A DNA stretch of 64,000 bases from Phyllobates terribilis (Eukaryota). This document shows positions 60,160-64,000 of this stretch, piece by piece (the first letter of the stretch is position 1; every line of letters begins with the position of its first letter). The stretch spans positions 397,296,001 to 397,360,000 of the forward strand of contig NW_027362769.1 of assembly GCF_046119375.1 (NCBI RefSeq), given 5' to 3'. Below the pieces are notes generated by a model, which was not told the DNA's origin, did not search any database, and saw only the letters and a list, made by a program, of their open reading frames with translations. The position numbers and the translations under genes were made by a program.

Positions 60160-61120
60160 GTCTGGAGGGGACAGAAGAGTCTACAAAAGACAGAGGGGTC
60201 TGGAGGGGACAGAAGAGTCTCCAAAAGACAGAGGGGTCTGGAGGGGACAGAAGAGTCTCCAAAAGACAGAGGGGTCTGGAGGGGACAGAAGAATCTACAA
60301 AAGACAGAGGGGTCTGGAGGGGACAGAAGAGTCTACAAAAGACAGAAGGGTCTGGAGGGGACAGAAGAATCTCCAAAAGACAGAGGGGTCTGGAGGGGAC
60401 AGAAGAATCTACAAAAGACAGAGGGGTCTGGAGGGGACAGAAGAGTCTACAAAAGACAGAGGGGTCTGGAGGGGACAGAAGAGTCTACAAAAGACAGAGG
60501 GGTCTGGAGGGGACAGAAGAGTCTCCAAAAGACAGAGGGGTCTGGAGGGGACAGAAGAGTCTACAAAAGACAGAGGGGTCTGGAGGGGACAGAAGAGTCT
60601 ACAAAAGACAGAGGGGTCTGGAGGGGACAGAAGAGTCTACAAAAGACAGAGGGGTCTGGAGGGGACAGAAGAGTCTACAAAAGACAGAGGGGTCTGGAGG
60701 GGACAGAAGAGTCTCCAAAAGACAGAGGGGTCTGGAGGGGACAGAAGAGTCTCCAAAAGACAGAGGGGTCTGGAGGGGACAGAAGAGTCTACAAAAGACA
60801 GAGGGGTCTGGAGGGGACAGAAGAGTCTCCAAAAGACAGAGGGGTCTGGAGGGGACAGAAGAGTCTCCAAAAGACAGAGGGGTCTGGAGGGGACAGAAGA
60901 GTCTACAAAAGACAGAGGAGTCTGGAGGGGACAGAAGAGTCTACAAAAGACAGAGGGGTCTGGAGGGGACAGAAGAGTCTCCAAAAGACAGAGGGGTCTG
61001 GAGGGGACAGAAGAGTCTACAAAAGACAGAGGGGTCTGGAGGGGACAGAAGAGTCTACAAAAGACAGAGGGGTCTGGAGGGGACAGAAGAGTCTACAAAA
61101 GACAGAGGGGTCTGGAGGGG
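60160..61120. repeat. 38-bp purine-rich array, preceded by degenerate related DNA from ~59280
   Basis: gacagaggggtctggaggggacagaagagtctacaaaa. Confidence 0.95.
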
Positions 61121-62499
61121 GCAAAATTCTGAGATTTTGGCCTCCTTTTACATTGTGATAGGATGACAATATTCCGTGAGCTGTAGATGCAGCTGCCTGA
61201 CATTAATGCCTGACATGCTGCTGTCATACTATCAGTCATTCAGCCATGTTGGGTCCCGGCGTGCAGCGATCCGCTCGTCCTGTTTGTATATGGCTGGAGG
61301 ATGAATTCCTGCAGGAAGGGGGGGGTGTCGTCACAGTGAGTCAGGCAGCTCTGATAGCGGCGGGTGACATCATGTTTTGCTTCGCAGTCTTGATTTCTAT
61401 TATTCTATGCTGTGTCATAAAAGCTGGAGAATTCCCAATGTGTCACCCCCCCCCCCCCGAGACCCAGCTACGACAGGACGCCCCTTCCAGACGTCTACTC
61501 TCCCCCAATACATGTCTTATGGAGGGGCTTTTCCGGGGTATATGTCTGAAAGTGTGACCCCCTTGTGGCTGATTTCCATCAAATACCACTTATCCTGATA
61601 GAGGGTCACAGCGCCAAGGTTAAAGGGGGATGAGGACAACCTCCGCCACCGCCGGCAGCACCCCACAGTATGAAACAGGTGTCAGACCTATGACCTCCTA
61701 GCTGCTGAAAAACTGCAGCCCCCCAGACAATGCACCGGAGGGAGACCACCACTCTATGGTGTGCGTGCCCTTGATTATATTTGAGAGTATGGCGGAGAGT
61801 TTGTTTACCCCGGCGGGGCACTGGCACGGCTCCGCAGCCTCCATCACCCCGTCCCATGGCTGGCGCAGTGGTGGGTGGCGGTGGCACTTATCACCTGCCG
61901 GTATCAGGTAGCGATTCACGGGACGTCAGGCATGAAGTGTAATTACATGTTTCACGTGTGTACGTGTGTTTTACACCAGGTTTGTGCCAAATCCCTGGGA
62001 GGGGAAGGCGGGCGACTCATATAATACCTCTAAGGGGGGTGAAGGATGGTAACCCAACTCCTGCAACGCTTCATTGTCTTGGCACCACTTCCGTCAGCGA
62101 GGTGACGGCTCTGGGGGGTGAGGGCTGGCGAGGGGGCCACGAGTCACTAGTCAGGTGTATTTGGGCTTCTTTGGATGGGACACCTCGCCGCCCCCTGTAC
62201 ATACCTTCCCCTCGAGTCAGCGCCCAACTCTCCTCCTCCTCCTGGATTTCTTAGAAGGAAGCAGGAATCACAGCCGAGGAGCGGAGAATGGGGATTCCTT
62301 TCTGAGGCAGCACGGCAGGGGGTGTGTGACGTCTACAGATTACTACACCGGGAAAAGGACATGGGGGGTGGAGGGGACAGGTATAAAGGCCGCTCACCCG
62401 CAGGGCAGGTGGAGCACTGGTACAGGGAGCTGATGCAGGATGCTGGCAGGGGCAGGTGAGTCCCATCTCCACACTGAGAGTATGAATGAAAGTGGTGGT

Positions 62500-64000
62500 A
62501 CCGCGCTTACTACAGACATGGTGGTACTGCGCTTACTACTGACATGGCGGTACCGCGCTTACTACAGACATGGCGGTACTGCGCTTACTACAGACATGAC
62601 GGTACTGCGCTTACTACAGACATGGCGGTACTGCGCTTACTACAGACATGGCGGTACCGCGCTTACTACAGACATGACGGTACTGCGCTTACTACAGACA
62701 TGGCGGTACTGCGCTTACTACAGACATGGCGGTACTGCGCTTACTACAGACATGGCGGTACCGCGCTTACTACTGACATGGCGGTACTGCGCTTACTACA
62801 GACATGGTGGTACTGCGCTTACTACAGACATGGCGGTACTGCGCTTACTACAGACATGGTGGTACTGCGCTTACTACAGACATGGCGGTACTGCGCTTAC
62901 TACAGACATGGCGGTACCGCGCTTACTACAGACATGGTGGTACCGCGCTTACTACTGACATGGCGGTACCGCGCTTACTACAGACATGGCGGTACCGCGC
63001 TTACTACAGACATGGCGGTACCGCGCTTACTACAGACATGGCGGTACTGCGCTTACTACAGACATGGCGGTACTGCGCTTACTACAGACATGGCGGTACC
63101 GCGCTTACTACAGACATGGCGGTACCGCGCTTACTACAGACATGGCGGTACCGCGCTTACTAATGACATGGCGGTACCGCGCTTACTACAGACATGGTGG
63201 TACCGCGCTTACTACAGACATGGTGGTACTGCGCTTACTACAGACATGGCGGTACTGCGCTTACTACAGACATGGCGGTACCGCGCTTACTACAGACATG
63301 GTGGTACCGCGCTTACTACAGACATGGTGGTACTGCGCTTACTACAGACATGGCGGTACTGCGCTTACTACAGACATGGCGGTACTGCGCTTACTACAGA
63401 CATGGCGGTACCGCGCTTACTACAGACATGGCGGTACTGCGCTTACTACAGACATGGCGGTACTGCGCTTACTACAGACATGGCTGTACCGCGCTTACTA
63501 CAGACATGGCGGTACCGCGCTTACTACAGACATGGCTGTACCGCGCTTACTACAGACATGGCGGTACTGCGCTTACTACAGACATGGCGGTACTGCGCTT
63601 ACTACAGACATGGTGGTACTGCGCTTACTACAGACATGGTGGTACCGCGCTTACTACAGACATGGTGGTACTGCGCTTACTACAGACATGGCGGTACCGC
63701 GCTTACTACAGACATGGCGGTACCGCGCTTACTACAGACATGGCGGTACCGCGCTTACTACAGACATGGCGGTACCGCGCTTACTACAGACATGGCGGTA
63801 CCGCGCTTACTACAGACATGGCGGTACCGCGCTTACTACAGACATGGCGGTACTGCGCTTACTACAGACATGGCGGCACTGCGCTTACTACAGACATGGC
63901 GGTACTGCGCTTACTACAGACATGGCGGTACCGCGCTTACTACAGACATGGCGGTACCGCGCTTACTACAGACATGGCGGTACTGCGCTTACTACAGACA
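62500..64000. repeat. 26-bp CpG-containing array, runs off the right edge
   Basis: gcgcttactacagacatggcggtac(t/c). Confidence 0.97.

Noticed and set aside
60139-61158. 339/326-aa KRQRGLEGTEES-repeat ORFs
   Set aside because: 38-bp purine-rich unit without stops.

Overview
Vertebrate genomic DNA, most likely anuran (frog); the species assignment is inferred from the repeat families. It carries two spliced chromatin-regulator genes in head-to-head orientation. SETD1A lies on the minus strand: 12 coding exons from ATG 25393 down to 9057 (~1030 codons, including the RRM and the conserved central blocks), with the SET-domain exons continuing beyond the left edge. FBXL19 lies complete on the plus strand: 10 coding exons, 34387-53854, 655 aa, CxxC-PHD-F-box-LRR. 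More than half of the window is tandem repeat from about a dozen unrelated minisatellite families. There are four Tc1/mariner elements (one with an intact DD34E ORF at 57209-58856) and several MITE/SINE relics. Most long ORFs in the supplied track are repeat artefacts. The most notable observations are: an intron built almost entirely from copies of its own splice-acceptor region; two 86-bp arrays sharing a flank, suggesting a mobile cassette; arrays of splice-donor-like and CTCF-like motifs; the divergent gene order with no ORAI gene in between; and an unassigned candidate exon at ~62.3 kb. No evidence for a wholly new protein-coding system was found.
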